Source: a virus (lineage: Duplodnaviria > Caudoviricetes). From it: a stretch of 64,000 nucleotides of DNA. The stretch is taken from positions 88,373 to 152,372 of the IMG/VR virus record IMGVR_UViG_641201351_000001, one strand, 5' to 3'. Below the pieces are notes generated by a model. It was not told the origin of the DNA and made no database searches. It was given only the letters and a program-made list of their open reading frames with translations. This document shows, one piece after another, positions 1-9,202 of the stretch (the stretch's first letter is position 1; every line of letters starts with the position of its first letter). A program made the position numbers and the translations under genes.

Positions 1-67
1 GCAGACCCCACTTCTCAAGGTACCTCTTGACCTCTTCCACGATCTTGTTCTGGAGTTTTTCTTCCAT
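1..67 (-). CDS. 5' end of a hypothetical early gene running off the window (MEEKLQNKIVEEVKRYLEKWGL...)
   Basis: ATG at 67 preceded by GAGGAGGTG SD and a consensus promoter; read by hand. Confidence 0.75.
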   Translation of the reverse strand, partial: MEEKLQNKIVEEVKRYLEKWGL

Positions 68-107
68 CTTACACCTCCTCGCCTGAGGATTTACCCCAGG
101 CACCTTC

Positions 108-136
108 ATCCTACCACACCTTTCGTCTTGTGTCAA
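108..136 (-). promoter_or_regulatory. sigma70-type early promoter
   Basis: TTGACA-17-TAGGAT. Confidence 0.85.
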
Positions 137-269
137 GCCCTCCCCCTCTCCGAGCATTGACTTGAGATTTTCGTGCGCTTTTGCGAGAAAGCTAAAATGT
201 AAACGCTTTGGGAGAAATGAACGCTGAAACGCTTAAGCAAAGAATGGTGTGTCTTGTTTTGTGGTAATA

Positions 270-878
270 TTAAAAGTTTTCTTCTATTTCAAAGAGAACG
301 CAAATATAACTCCTAGAAACGACAATGCTTTCTGTTTTCTTTGATAGTGAAACTTGGGAGATTAAAGGAAAGTATATTTCTTTTTCTTTGGCAAAATCTT
401 CTTCTTTTGCCGGATAAAAGAAAATGTTTTTGCTTTCTATTGTTTGATAGGATCTCGTTATTGGGCTGTAAAATTTTTGTTGTGTTGTTTTTATCTTCAT
501 GAGAAAAGGTTTTGTTGAGTTGATGAGATATCTCTTTTCGTCATCATTAACATAGTTTAAATACATGCTTTCAAAAAGCAAATCTAAAAAGTCTTCTAAG
601 CCGCTTTCTAAATCTTCTTTATTTGGAAACATGTCAAAAGTTTTTCTGAGGTAAAAGAAAGATTTATTTACAGCTTCTAGATGAGAGAAGGGGTTATCTA
701 GTCTTCTTTCTTTTAACTGAAAAAGTATTGATCTGCTAAAAAACTTTGGTTTTCTAAGAAAAAGAAGCTCTTTGTTTTGTTCAAGGATTTTTTCAACTGC
801 TTCATAAATCATTGACTTAACTTTGTTTTGGTCAAATTTTTTGCTATCTAGCAAAATTAGTTTTTTCTCTAGCCTCAT
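270..878 (-). CDS. hypothetical protein, C-terminal Phe (EENF), leaderless
   Basis: 202-aa ORF; ATG 7 nt from -10 box. Confidence 0.8.
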   Translation of the reverse strand: MRLEKKLILLDSKKFDQNKVKSMIYEAVEKILEQNKELLFLRKPKFFSRSILFQLKERRLDNPFSHLEAVNKSFFYLRKTFDMFPNKEDLESGLEDFLDLLFESMYLNYVNDDEKRYLINSTKPFLMKIKTTQQKFYSPITRSYQTIESKNIFFYPAKEEDFAKEKEIYFPLISQVSLSKKTESIVVSRSYICVLFEIEENF

Positions 879-884
879 GTTTTT

Positions 885-913
885 AGGTTAGCAAAGCGCT
901 AAAGCGTTGTCAA
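885..913 (-). promoter_or_regulatory. early promoter, leaderless transcript
   Basis: TTGACA-17-TAACCT. Confidence 0.8.
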
Positions 914-976
914 GCGTTATATATTTGAGATGACAGCGTTTACTTATTTTTTCGTTAGAAAAAACTAAAAATTTTC

Positions 977-1411
977 TCAAAACACTTCTCTTAATATCAC
1001 AAACTCAACTTCTCCAAAGCACAAATATAGCGAACTATTTTTATCATAAACTCCAAAAATTGGTTTGTATATTGAATATGATCGGTGCGCATAATCCTTT
1101 TCAGACTTTTCTTTTAAGTAATATCTAATCAAATCTTCATAATCTTCTATTTGTATAATGTCAAGAAGTTCTAATGTTATTCTTCTTTTGAAATCCTCCA
1201 CGCTTGCATGTTCTTTTAAAGCAAACATTCTTTTTTCTTTCCAGCGATTTAAAGCGTGTTTGTAATTTTTAAAATTCTCTTTGTATTTTGAATACGCTTT
1301 CTCAAAATCTTTGTAGTAAGTAATTTTGTGAGCATAATGCTTTAGAGAAATCATCGGGCTGTAGTGAGGTTGTGCAAAAAAGTATTTTTTGGCCTTTACT
1401 TCAAAAATCAT
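977..1411 (-). CDS. hypothetical protein ending EVF, paralog of 1424..1849
   Basis: shared EVKxKKYF, YEDLI, KPIxG, FGEVE motifs. Confidence 0.85.
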   Translation of the reverse strand: MIFEVKAKKYFFAQPHYSPMISLKHYAHKITYYKDFEKAYSKYKENFKNYKHALNRWKEKRMFALKEHASVEDFKRRITLELLDIIQIEDYEDLIRYYLKEKSEKDYAHRSYSIYKPIFGVYDKNSSLYLCFGEVEFVILREVF

Positions 1412-1423
1412 AATTAAACCCCT

Positions 1424-1849
1424 TCAAAACACTTCATGAATTTTCACATATTCAACTTCTCCGAAAAATACATAAGCTAGATTACTTTTATCGTGAAACC
1501 CCAAAATCGGTTTATGTATCAAAAAGAGATTTCTTTTAAACTTCCCATTCAAATATGAAGTTATCAAATCTTCGTAAGTTTCCATTGGAAACATATAAAG
1601 AACTTCTGATGTTCTTAAATTTTCAAAGTATTCTATAGGTTTTAATTCTTCCTCTAAAACAAACATTTTTATTCCCTCCCAACGATTAAATGCAACTTTG
1701 TAATTACGAAATTCTTTTTTGTAGGCTTCAAAAGCATTTTCAAAGGTTTTGTAATAGTAAATTTTGTAAGTATATCTCTTTAAGTGTATCTTTGGATTGT
1801 AGTAGGGTTTTACATAGAAATATTTTTTACCCTTGACCTCCAATGTCAT
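1424..1849 (-). CDS. hypothetical protein ending EVF, paralog of 977..1411
   Basis: GGAGGTG SD; promoter TTGCCT-17-TAGCCT at 1868-1896. Confidence 0.85.
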   Translation of the reverse strand: MTLEVKGKKYFYVKPYYNPKIHLKRYTYKIYYYKTFENAFEAYKKEFRNYKVAFNRWEGIKMFVLEEELKPIEYFENLRTSEVLYMFPMETYEDLITSYLNGKFKRNLFLIHKPILGFHDKSNLAYVFFGEVEYVKIHEVF

Positions 1850-2108
1850 GACTCACCTCCTAGCATCAGGCTAACACAAGGGGTGCTAAAAGGCAAGAAG
1901 GGCTTTGGTGTGGAAAAGGGTATTAAAATAGGGGGCCCAAAAATATGTGGATAGCGTTTACTTAGTTTTGGCAAAAATAAAAACAAAAAATAATTTCCTA
2001 GAAAATCTCTAGTGGAAAAATTTCAAAAACTTCTATATCTCCGAACAAAAGATTTCTCTATGTACTATTGGTCTAGTTTTCATTACAAACGGAATGTTTA
2101 TGTTCACC

Positions 2109-2555
2109 TCAAAAGTAAGGAAAATAGTCAGGGAAAAATATTAAGTCTACAAGTATTCTCTTCTTCGGATTATATCTATGTGTACTTTCGGCAAAAGACA
2201 ATATGATTGTATCAGGAACTAAACCTTTCCTATACGCAGATATTACCTTTTTGTGAATAAAAGGATGTGGGTTTTTAATAAATTCAAAAATGTTTTTGGA
2301 TTTTCTATAGTTAAGCCTGAAGTTATAGGGTGTAAAGGTAAAATATTGGTTTAGCATTAAAAACGCCTTAATACCAATATCTACAGGAATATCTGTACTT
2401 ACATACTTGTATCCGCTATATTTGTGGTCTTCCTTTAATCCGTATCCTTGAGGATTAAGAAATTCATTTACATCTTGAGCATACTTTTCTAAAATTTTCT
2501 TAAAGTGCGAACTTTTTACAATATAAAGTTTTGCGTAAGTGCTGCTTGCAACCAT
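2109..2555 (-). CDS. hypothetical protein (ends FPYF), leaderless
   Basis: promoter TTGACT-17-TAGGGT at 2562-2590. Confidence 0.8.
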   Translation of the reverse strand: MVASSTYAKLYIVKSSHFKKILEKYAQDVNEFLNPQGYGLKEDHKYSGYKYVSTDIPVDIGIKAFLMLNQYFTFTPYNFRLNYRKSKNIFEFIKNPHPFIHKKVISAYRKGLVPDTIILSFAESTHRYNPKKRILVDLIFFPDYFPYF

Positions 2556-2620
2556 GCTTGTACCCTATCACACACCAGGGGAATAGTCAAGGGGGGCTTA
2601 GCGTTTACTTAATTTTGGGT

Positions 2621-2648
2621 AAAAGAAAAACCTCCCCTTTCGGGGAGG
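2621..2648 (-). terminator. intrinsic terminator
   Basis: CCTCCCC-GAAA-GGGGAGG then TTTTTCTTTT on minus strand. Confidence 0.85.
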
Positions 2649-2663
2649 CTTGTATTCTTCTTG

Positions 2664-2894
2664 CTATTCAACCAAGATTTTCCTCACTTTACCATTCCTT
2701 TCCTCAACCCTAACCTTACCATATTTAGTATCCTCGTAGCCAATCACTTTCCATGTAGTATTCTTGCGGCAATCTTCACAATATTTAGGAGGACGGGTTT
2801 TGCTTTCGGTAACAAACTCCTTTTGGCACTTTTGGCACACAATCAAGACCTTCTTTACATGAACATTACGGACCTTCTTTTCGTTCTTGCCCAT
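2664..2894 (-). CDS. small zinc-ribbon protein
   Basis: CQKC...YCEDC; start re-set to ATG 2894 after GGAGGTG SD; promoter TTGACA-17-TATCTT at 2914-2942. Confidence 0.8.
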   Translation of the reverse strand: MGKNEKKVRNVHVKKVLIVCQKCQKEFVTESKTRPPKYCEDCRKNTTWKVIGYEDTKYGKVRVEERNGKVRKILVE

Positions 2895-3044
2895 CTTCTT
2901 CACCTCCACCCCCAAGATACCACAAAGAAAGATGATTGTCAAGGGGGGATTGAGAAGATTGACCTCGGTTGGGCTGGTTTTGCGTGAACTTCAGACTGCA
3001 AAGTTGCGAAGTTTGGAAGGGGATTGTTAAAAATAAACGCTTAA

Positions 3045-3452
3045 TCATAAATTGTCAGTTTCTTTATTTTCTTCTAGTTCCCTCAACTTTTTAGCATAAA
3101 ACCACTCTAAGAAGATGATAAAAAGTGTGTTAAATAGGAGATAAAGAACTAAGTCATTTGTATAAATCTTTTTTGTTATCATTTCTGTGGCAAAAAGAAA
3201 AATAAATTGAATTACAATGAAAGCTAATATTAAAATCCTTAAAAGGGGAATATCTTTGAAATCTGGATAAGTTTTCAAATAAGAGTCCTCAGCTTTTTTG
3301 CCAAAATTCATCATGAATATCGCAAACAAAATATAAAATTCCTTTTCGCTTAAAGCTAATAATTTTGCAACAATAAAAGAAAATGCGTTATAAATTAAAT
3401 AGAAAAACATTGACATTCTTATTGATTGTATTTGTGCTTCATGCTTGTTCAC
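3045..3452 (-). CDS. membrane protein, about 4 TM segments
   Basis: four hydrophobic stretches; GAGGTG SD. Confidence 0.75.
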   Translation of the reverse strand: MNKHEAQIQSIRMSMFFYLIYNAFSFIVAKLLALSEKEFYILFAIFMMNFGKKAEDSYLKTYPDFKDIPLLRILILAFIVIQFIFLFATEMITKKIYTNDLVLYLLFNTLFIIFLEWFYAKKLRELEENKETDNL

Positions 3453-3462
3453 TTTTCACCTC

Positions 3463-4008
3463 TCAGAAAGAAATGTTCTTTTTAACAAGGTAAGCGTTAG
3501 CGTACACTCTGAAAATATCTTCTCTTTCACCTTTAAACTCTACTTCTAACCTAAAAATTTTTATTGGCACAAAAAGATACGCTGGTATTCTTTGTAGAAT
3601 TTGCAAATCATTACATGCTTTAAAAAGCTCTTTAAAGGACTTAAAGAAAAATGCATGGTTTTCTACTCTTTTTAAATTTCTTGAAATTTCTAAAAAAAAC
3701 TCAGAATCAGCAGATCCTTTTACTGCAAGTGTTCTTGCTACACTAGCGGGATAAAGAAGCCAATATATGTCTTTCAAATCCACACTTTCTACCGAAACAA
3801 GTTTAAGATTTTTTAGTTTTAATATTTGCGGCCCTAACCCTTCATTTAGCATTTTAAAATCTTTTTCTATTTGAGAAAAATCATCTATGAAAACAACTTT
3901 GTTGCTAACGATTGAAGCCAATTTTTCAGACATTTTTTGAATATAGTCTTTTTCATTAAAGACTGCATATCGTTTATGTAAAACATCTAAGAATGGTGGT
4001 ACTTCCAT
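3463..4008 (-). CDS. hypothetical protein (ends ISF)
   Basis: SD; promoter TTGACA-17-TACACT at 4034-4062. Confidence 0.8.
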   Translation of the reverse strand: MEVPPFLDVLHKRYAVFNEKDYIQKMSEKLASIVSNKVVFIDDFSQIEKDFKMLNEGLGPQILKLKNLKLVSVESVDLKDIYWLLYPASVARTLAVKGSADSEFFLEISRNLKRVENHAFFFKSFKELFKACNDLQILQRIPAYLFVPIKIFRLEVEFKGEREDIFRVYANAYLVKKNISF

Positions 4009-4130
4009 TTAGGTTCACCTCCCCCCAAGAGGGAGTGTAACACAAGCCTAGGCGCTTGTCAAGAGCGCTTGATAAATGTGTATATATTTTGATAGCGTTT
4101 ATTTGTTTTATGACAAAACAAAAAAATTCC

Positions 4131-4673
4131 TTAAAATATCTCGTTAAGGCTATACAAATACATCTTTCCTAGCATTGCAGAAACCTCTATTTTTAGAGAG
4201 GTTTCTTCAGGTTTTGTATTTTCAAAGGTTATGTAATAATCGGGAATAAAGATTTGACCTTTTTTAAAATCAAAGATGTTGTCAATAGCGTAAAAGTATT
4301 TTTTGCTTACAACTTTAACTCTTATTTTGTCGCTATAAATTCCATTTATTCCATTTGCTGGAACAGCATAATCTGCTATGTAAAAAGCTATATCGTTTTT
4401 AAAAGTTTTTATTTTTCTTGGCGCAAATTTGTCAAGTAGCGATTCAAAAGGTGCGGATCTATAGTGATAAAGATTTTTAACAAATAAAGTTCCCAAATCA
4501 AGAATTGTGTCTATATCATATTTGTCTTCCTCAAAAATCATCATTGGAAGCCTTTTCTTTTCATTAAAGTCAAACTTTTTACCATTCTGAGTAATGTAGT
4601 ATCTGAAGATAACAAGAACTTCATCAGAAAATTTTTTCTCAAAAACTTCAGTATTTACGATGTTTCTAATCAT
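4131..4673 (-). CDS. hypothetical protein (ends EIF)
   Basis: TAATG coupling to the upstream gene, SD inside its last codons. Confidence 0.8.
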   Translation of the reverse strand: MIRNIVNTEVFEKKFSDEVLVIFRYYITQNGKKFDFNEKKRLPMMIFEEDKYDIDTILDLGTLFVKNLYHYRSAPFESLLDKFAPRKIKTFKNDIAFYIADYAVPANGINGIYSDKIRVKVVSKKYFYAIDNIFDFKKGQIFIPDYYITFENTKPEETSLKIEVSAMLGKMYLYSLNEIF

Positions 4674-5203
4674 TAAAACACCTCCTCTATTTTGTATTCA
4701 TACAAAACTCCAATTAATCCTTCTATCATTCCAGAAAGTTCATCTGTATCTTTCAAAAGTATTTTCCTTTGTGCAACAAATAAAGTATCGCCTTCTATTA
4801 CTTCTTTTAAATCTTTTATCTCTTCTATTTGAGAAGGCCTAAGATAAACAATAGACATTGTGTAGTCATCAATAACATGTTCGCTATAATCATCAATAAA
4901 AACCGAGAAATACTTTTTTTCAATAGCTTTGCTACAAACAACCTTTGTGCTGAAAGTCTTCAACAAATCTCTCTCAAGAGATAAACATGACAAGTTGTTG
5001 TAAAAATACTCAATTGATCTGTAAAAAGTTTTGTTGTCTACGAAATCAGAAATAATGAAAGATTTGTACAAAGAAAACTCTCCTACTATTTCGTCAGCAA
5101 AGCGATTGTTTTCGCTAGGATAATAGTCTAGTTCTAGATACGCTTTATATCTCTTCAAGATTTTAAAGGACTTTGACTCCAAGAAACCTTCTACTGCTTT
5201 CAT
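4673..5203 (-). CDS. hypothetical protein ending EEVF; family with 5965..6504 and 8461..8982
   Basis: shared KAYxExxYxP, FVAxRxxxL, IEGLxGxLYxYK; start re-set to ATG 5203. Confidence 0.85.
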   Translation of the reverse strand: MKAVEGFLESKSFKILKRYKAYLELDYYPSENNRFADEIVGEFSLYKSFIISDFVDNKTFYRSIEYFYNNLSCLSLERDLLKTFSTKVVCSKAIEKKYFSVFIDDYSEHVIDDYTMSIVYLRPSQIEEIKDLKEVIEGDTLFVAQRKILLKDTDELSGMIEGLIGVLYEYKIEEVF

Positions 5204-5246
5204 TCTAATCCCCCCCTTCTTAAAGACATAATCATAGCAATGAAAC

Positions 5247-5759
5247 TTAAAAAATCTCTTCACGATGCTTTACTCTATATATTCTTCCAACAAAACATTT
5301 TTCAATTAATTCTACCCTTTTAAACCATCTGCCTTCTCTAAATGACTCAACAACAGAATCAACAATAAGCAAGTAAACTGCAGGATAAAGCATTTCTAAA
5401 TCTGTTATTCTCTCTCTTATGTAATTCACTTCTGAAATCTTCATTCTATCGTAAACATAAGTTGTGTGAATTACTCTTTTGTTAGAAATAACCTTTTTCT
5501 CACTACCACTATGAGCTATAATATAGCAATCATACTCAGGGTCAAGAACTTGGTAAAAATAAATGTATTTGCGTCCTATCTTGTCAGTTGTTAGCTTAGA
5601 TATCTTTTTCAAGTATTCCTCTTTGTTCAAAATCTTCACTTCTCTAGATATGCCGCTATTAGAGAAAAAGTAGTTGGCATCTAAGATTTCTAAAAAAGGC
5701 AAAAAGTTTTTGAGGCTTTTGTAATCTTCTAGTTCTTTAATAATGCTTTCCCCCACCAT
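5247..5759 (-). CDS. hypothetical protein ending EIF; family with 7138..7653 and 7724..8254
   Basis: shared KEE, GRIYx[VI]K; promoter TTGACT-17-TAGCCT at 5777-5805. Confidence 0.85.
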   Translation of the reverse strand: MVGESIIKELEDYKSLKNFLPFLEILDANYFFSNSGISREVKILNKEEYLKKISKLTTDKIGRKYIYFYQVLDPEYDCYIIAHSGSEKKVISNKRVIHTTYVYDRMKISEVNYIRERITDLEMLYPAVYLLIVDSVVESFREGRWFKRVELIEKCFVGRIYRVKHREEIF

Positions 5760-5964
5760 GACACCTCCCCTCTTAAAGGCTACTGCTAAGGCCCTATAAA
5801 GTCAAGAAGAGAGAGGCAAGGCTTTATGAAGCACAAAAGCTAGGGGGGGGAAGATATATTTAGGATAGCGTTTACTTGTTTTTAACGAAACAAAAATCAA
5901 AAAGCTTCATTTGGAGTGTGGAAATGTCTATAAAACGGGGGACTATTTACTATGTCTTTAATCA

Positions 5965-6504
5965 TCAAAACACCTCCTCTATTTTGTATTCATATAAAAC
6001 TCCAGCCAATCCTTCTATCATTCCAGGAAAATCGCTAACATCATCAAGTAATATTTCTCTTTCAGCAACAAATAGTTGGTAGTTTCCTACTAGTTCTCTT
6101 AAGCTTTTTACTTCTTCTATTTGTGAAGGTTTGAGATATGAAACGACTATTGAGCTAACTTCATTGCTATAATCAACATATTCGTCAATAAAAAGCGAAT
6201 AATATTTTTTGGCAATTCTCTTGCCACTAATAACTTTCGTATCAAAAGTTTTAAATAAATCTCTTTCTAATGTTAAACCAGACATAACATTGTAGTAATA
6301 CTCAATGGCCTTGTAAAAGATTTTGTTGCTTACATAGTCAGAAATAATAAAAGCCTTACAACGAGAAAATTCTTCAACTATTTCGTCTGCAAAACGATTG
6401 CTATTGTTTGGATAGTAATTAAGTTCTAAGTAAGCTTTGTATATCTTTAATGCTTTAAAGTTAGCCGATTTTAAAAATTCCTCTAAAACTTTCACCTGCA
6501 TCAC
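5965..6504 (-). CDS. hypothetical protein ending EEVF, close paralog of 4673..5203
   Basis: near-identical C-terminus GMIEGLxGVLYEYKIEEVF. Confidence 0.85.
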   Translation of the reverse strand: MMQVKVLEEFLKSANFKALKIYKAYLELNYYPNNSNRFADEIVEEFSRCKAFIISDYVSNKIFYKAIEYYYNVMSGLTLERDLFKTFDTKVISGKRIAKKYYSLFIDEYVDYSNEVSSIVVSYLKPSQIEEVKSLRELVGNYQLFVAEREILLDDVSDFPGMIEGLAGVLYEYKIEEVF

Positions 6505-6512
6505 CTCCTTTC

Positions 6513-7001
6513 TCAGAACATGTAATCATAGGTCAATAAAAACCCCAGACCTAAAATATTGTGTGTTTCTTTCAATTTTCTAAAGCCTGCATTTAACACA
6601 AAAAACTCATCGTACTCCATAATAGGAAGAAACATAAAGTCTGTAAAATAATCTTCAATATGTGGCTTTACGAATGAGAAAATATTTTCCTCGTTTATTT
6701 CTTTAAATAAGATTTTTCCGTTTTCATCGTTAGTTACAAAAAATAGCTTTTCTTCATCGTAAAACTTAATATTTTTCACTTTTCTATCAGCGTCTTGATC
6801 TAAGGAAGCTTTTATTGCAGTATTTAAAAAATGTTCAAAATTTTTTCCTCCCAGATCAGTTTCGTATATGTGAGAAATCGTTGAAGCCACATCATTATCA
6901 AAATAATAGTATTTGATAGTTACTATTGAAAAGTGTCTTGCTTTAAACATTCCACTAATCTTCTTGATTTTTTCGTTTACTAAGCGAATGTATTCTTTCA
7001 T
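6513..7001 (-). CDS. hypothetical protein (ends YMF)
   Basis: start re-set to ATG 7001 after GAGGGGGTG; promoter TTGACC-17-TAAACT at 7021-7049. Confidence 0.75.
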   Translation of the reverse strand: MKEYIRLVNEKIKKISGMFKARHFSIVTIKYYYFDNDVASTISHIYETDLGGKNFEHFLNTAIKASLDQDADRKVKNIKFYDEEKLFFVTNDENGKILFKEINEENIFSFVKPHIEDYFTDFMFLPIMEYDEFFVLNAGFRKLKETHNILGLGFLLTYDYMF

Positions 7002-7137
7002 CTCTTCACCCCCTCGCCTTAGTTTAAAGGACAAAACGCCTTAGGTCAAGTAGCGTGCAAGCGCTCAGTTGTCTATATATAGAGGATAGCGTTTATCTAA
7101 CCTTTCACAAAAAAGAAAAAAATAAAAAACAATAATC

Positions 7138-7653
7138 TTAGAATACTTCTTTGCGATATTTGATCTTATATATTCGTCCTAAAGTTGACTCCTCAACTAT
7201 TTCTATTCTTTTTGTAAACATATTTTCTTTATAAGACGCAATCCTGTAATCAAGTACCAATAAGTAAACATTTGGATAAATGTTACTAACAAACTCTACT
7301 TCTCTTTGGAAGCTTTTTATTTTAATGGGAGAAGAATTATTAAATCTATCATATATGTAAGAAGGAAAACGCTTTCTAACATTAGATAATATATTGCTTT
7401 CTTCCCATTCGTGATAAACTAGATAGTATTTCGTTTCAGGGCGAAAAATTTGGTGGAAATATAAATACTTCCTGCCTTTTTTGTCAACTACTAGGCGAGA
7501 TAAAATTCTAATATATTCTTCTTTTTCTATCATTTTTATTTCATTAGAAACTTTCCACCCAGAACGAAAGTATTGTGATTTAATTATCTCAAGGAAAGGA
7601 AGAAAAGGTTTAATATCTTGAAAATCATTCAAGTCTTTTATTAGGTTTTTCAT
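7138..7653 (-). CDS. hypothetical protein ending EVF, paralog of 5247..5759
   Basis: FLPFLEI motif; promoter TTGACT-17-TAAGCT at 7678-7706. Confidence 0.85.
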   Translation of the reverse strand: MKNLIKDLNDFQDIKPFLPFLEIIKSQYFRSGWKVSNEIKMIEKEEYIRILSRLVVDKKGRKYLYFHQIFRPETKYYLVYHEWEESNILSNVRKRFPSYIYDRFNNSSPIKIKSFQREVEFVSNIYPNVYLLVLDYRIASYKENMFTKRIEIVEESTLGRIYKIKYRKEVF

Positions 7654-7723
7654 CTCTTTACCTCCCCTCCTCCCTAAAGCTTATACCTAAAGCGCCGTGG
7701 AGTCAAGGGAAGGCGCTTAACTC

Positions 7724-8254
7724 TTAAAAAACTTCTTTATGATGTTTAATTTTGTAAATTCGTCCAAATGTACATCTTTTAACGAAAGTTATTTCTTCTG
7801 TCAATTTGTTTTTCATATACAAGTCAATCTCAAAATCGTCAACTAAAAAGTAAATCAACTTGTCGCTTTTAAAATTCTCACTAGAAATTCTTAAAAGGAC
7901 TCTTCTAAACCTTTCTATCTCGTCATTGGTTATTCCATTAGAAAAAATATATGAGTAATGTCTACAAATACTAGGAATAACTTCAGTTTCCTCTCCAGTA
8001 TATTCCAATAAACAACAAGATTTTGGGTAAATGATTTTGTAGAAGAAGGTATACCTATTGTCTTCCTTCTCGCTTATTAACTCAGATATTGTCTGTAAGC
8101 ATTCTTCTTTTTCAATGATTTCTATATCTGGACATAAGTTTTCCTTTAAAACAAAATATTTTCCTTCAAAAACTTCTGCAAATGAAAGAATAAGCTTAAA
8201 TTTAGAAAAGTCGTCAAAATCTTTAACCAAATCTTTTGCCTCTTCTTTCCTCAT
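7724..8254 (-). CDS. hypothetical protein ending EVF, paralog of 7138..7653
   Basis: GRIYKIK; promoter TTGACC-17-TAAGCT at 8306-8334. Confidence 0.85.
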   Translation of the reverse strand: MRKEEAKDLVKDFDDFSKFKLILSFAEVFEGKYFVLKENLCPDIEIIEKEECLQTISELISEKEDNRYTFFYKIIYPKSCCLLEYTGEETEVIPSICRHYSYIFSNGITNDEIERFRRVLLRISSENFKSDKLIYFLVDDFEIDLYMKNKLTEEITFVKRCTFGRIYKIKHHKEVF

Positions 8255-8460
8255 CCTTACTCGCCCCCTCCTTACTTGCCCCTCCTTGACCTATGACACA
8301 ATAAAAGCTTACCCCTAAAGCCCCATAAGGTCAAGGAGGAGGATGAAGCTTTAGGAGAAGGTAAGCCCAAGGCTTTAGGGGGACATAAAACTGGCGAGAA
8401 GACATTTATTTAGGATAGCGTTTACTTATTTTTGACGAAACAAAAAATCAAAAAGCTTCA

Positions 8461-8982
8461 TTAGAAAACCTCATTAAGCTTATAAGTATACAAAGTGCCT
8501 ACTAACCCCTCTATTATTCCTGAACATTCATCAACATCATCTAGAAATACTTTTCTTTTTGCAACAAATAAAATATTAACATCTAGCAAGTTTTTCACAT
8601 CTTTTATTTCCGTTATTTGCTGTGGTTTAAAATAAGTAACATATACACCTACACTTTTTTCAATAGCTTTATAATCGTCAATTAAGATTGAATAACACTC
8701 TTTGTTTATTTTTTCCTCACCCAAAAATCTTACATCAAATTTCTTTGGAGCACCTCTTTCAACAGGAACAGATAAGAATCTATTGTAAAAATGTCCAATG
8801 CGCTTATAAAAAACTTGGTATTTCTCAGAATAATCACAAGTAATAAGTGTTTTATAAAATTCAAAACTAGAAACTACTTCTTTGGCAAAAATATTTCTTT
8901 CGCTAGGATGATAAGTAACTTCCATATAAGCCTTCTTTTTGCTAAGAATTTTAAATAGCCCTGCCTTTAAAAATCTTTCCAT
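8461..8982 (-). CDS. hypothetical protein ending EVF, paralog of 5965..6504
   Basis: promoter TTGACC-17-TAACCT at 9006-9034. Confidence 0.85.
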   Translation of the reverse strand: MERFLKAGLFKILSKKKAYMEVTYHPSERNIFAKEVVSSFEFYKTLITCDYSEKYQVFYKRIGHFYNRFLSVPVERGAPKKFDVRFLGEEKINKECYSILIDDYKAIEKSVGVYVTYFKPQQITEIKDVKNLLDVNILFVAKRKVFLDDVDECSGIIEGLVGTLYTYKLNEVF

Positions 8983-9202
8983 CCCACCACCTCCCCTTAC
9001 CTTAAAGGTTACTACTAAAGCCTTATAAGGTCAAGGGGGAATAGGAAAAGGCCTTGTGGGGATTGAGAGAGGGAACAAGACTTTACGAGGAAAAGACTAG
9101 CAGGGAAATATATATTTAGGATAGCGTTTACTTGATTTCTCTTTAAGTTTTGAGAAATAAAAAATCATTGGAAAAGAAAGATTTGTGAGAATATTAACCC
9201 TA

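Noticed and set aside
8255-8290. Repeated AAGGAGGGG(G)C units upstream of 7724..8254
   Set aside because: Looks like a local duplication of the SD region; no evidence of separate function.
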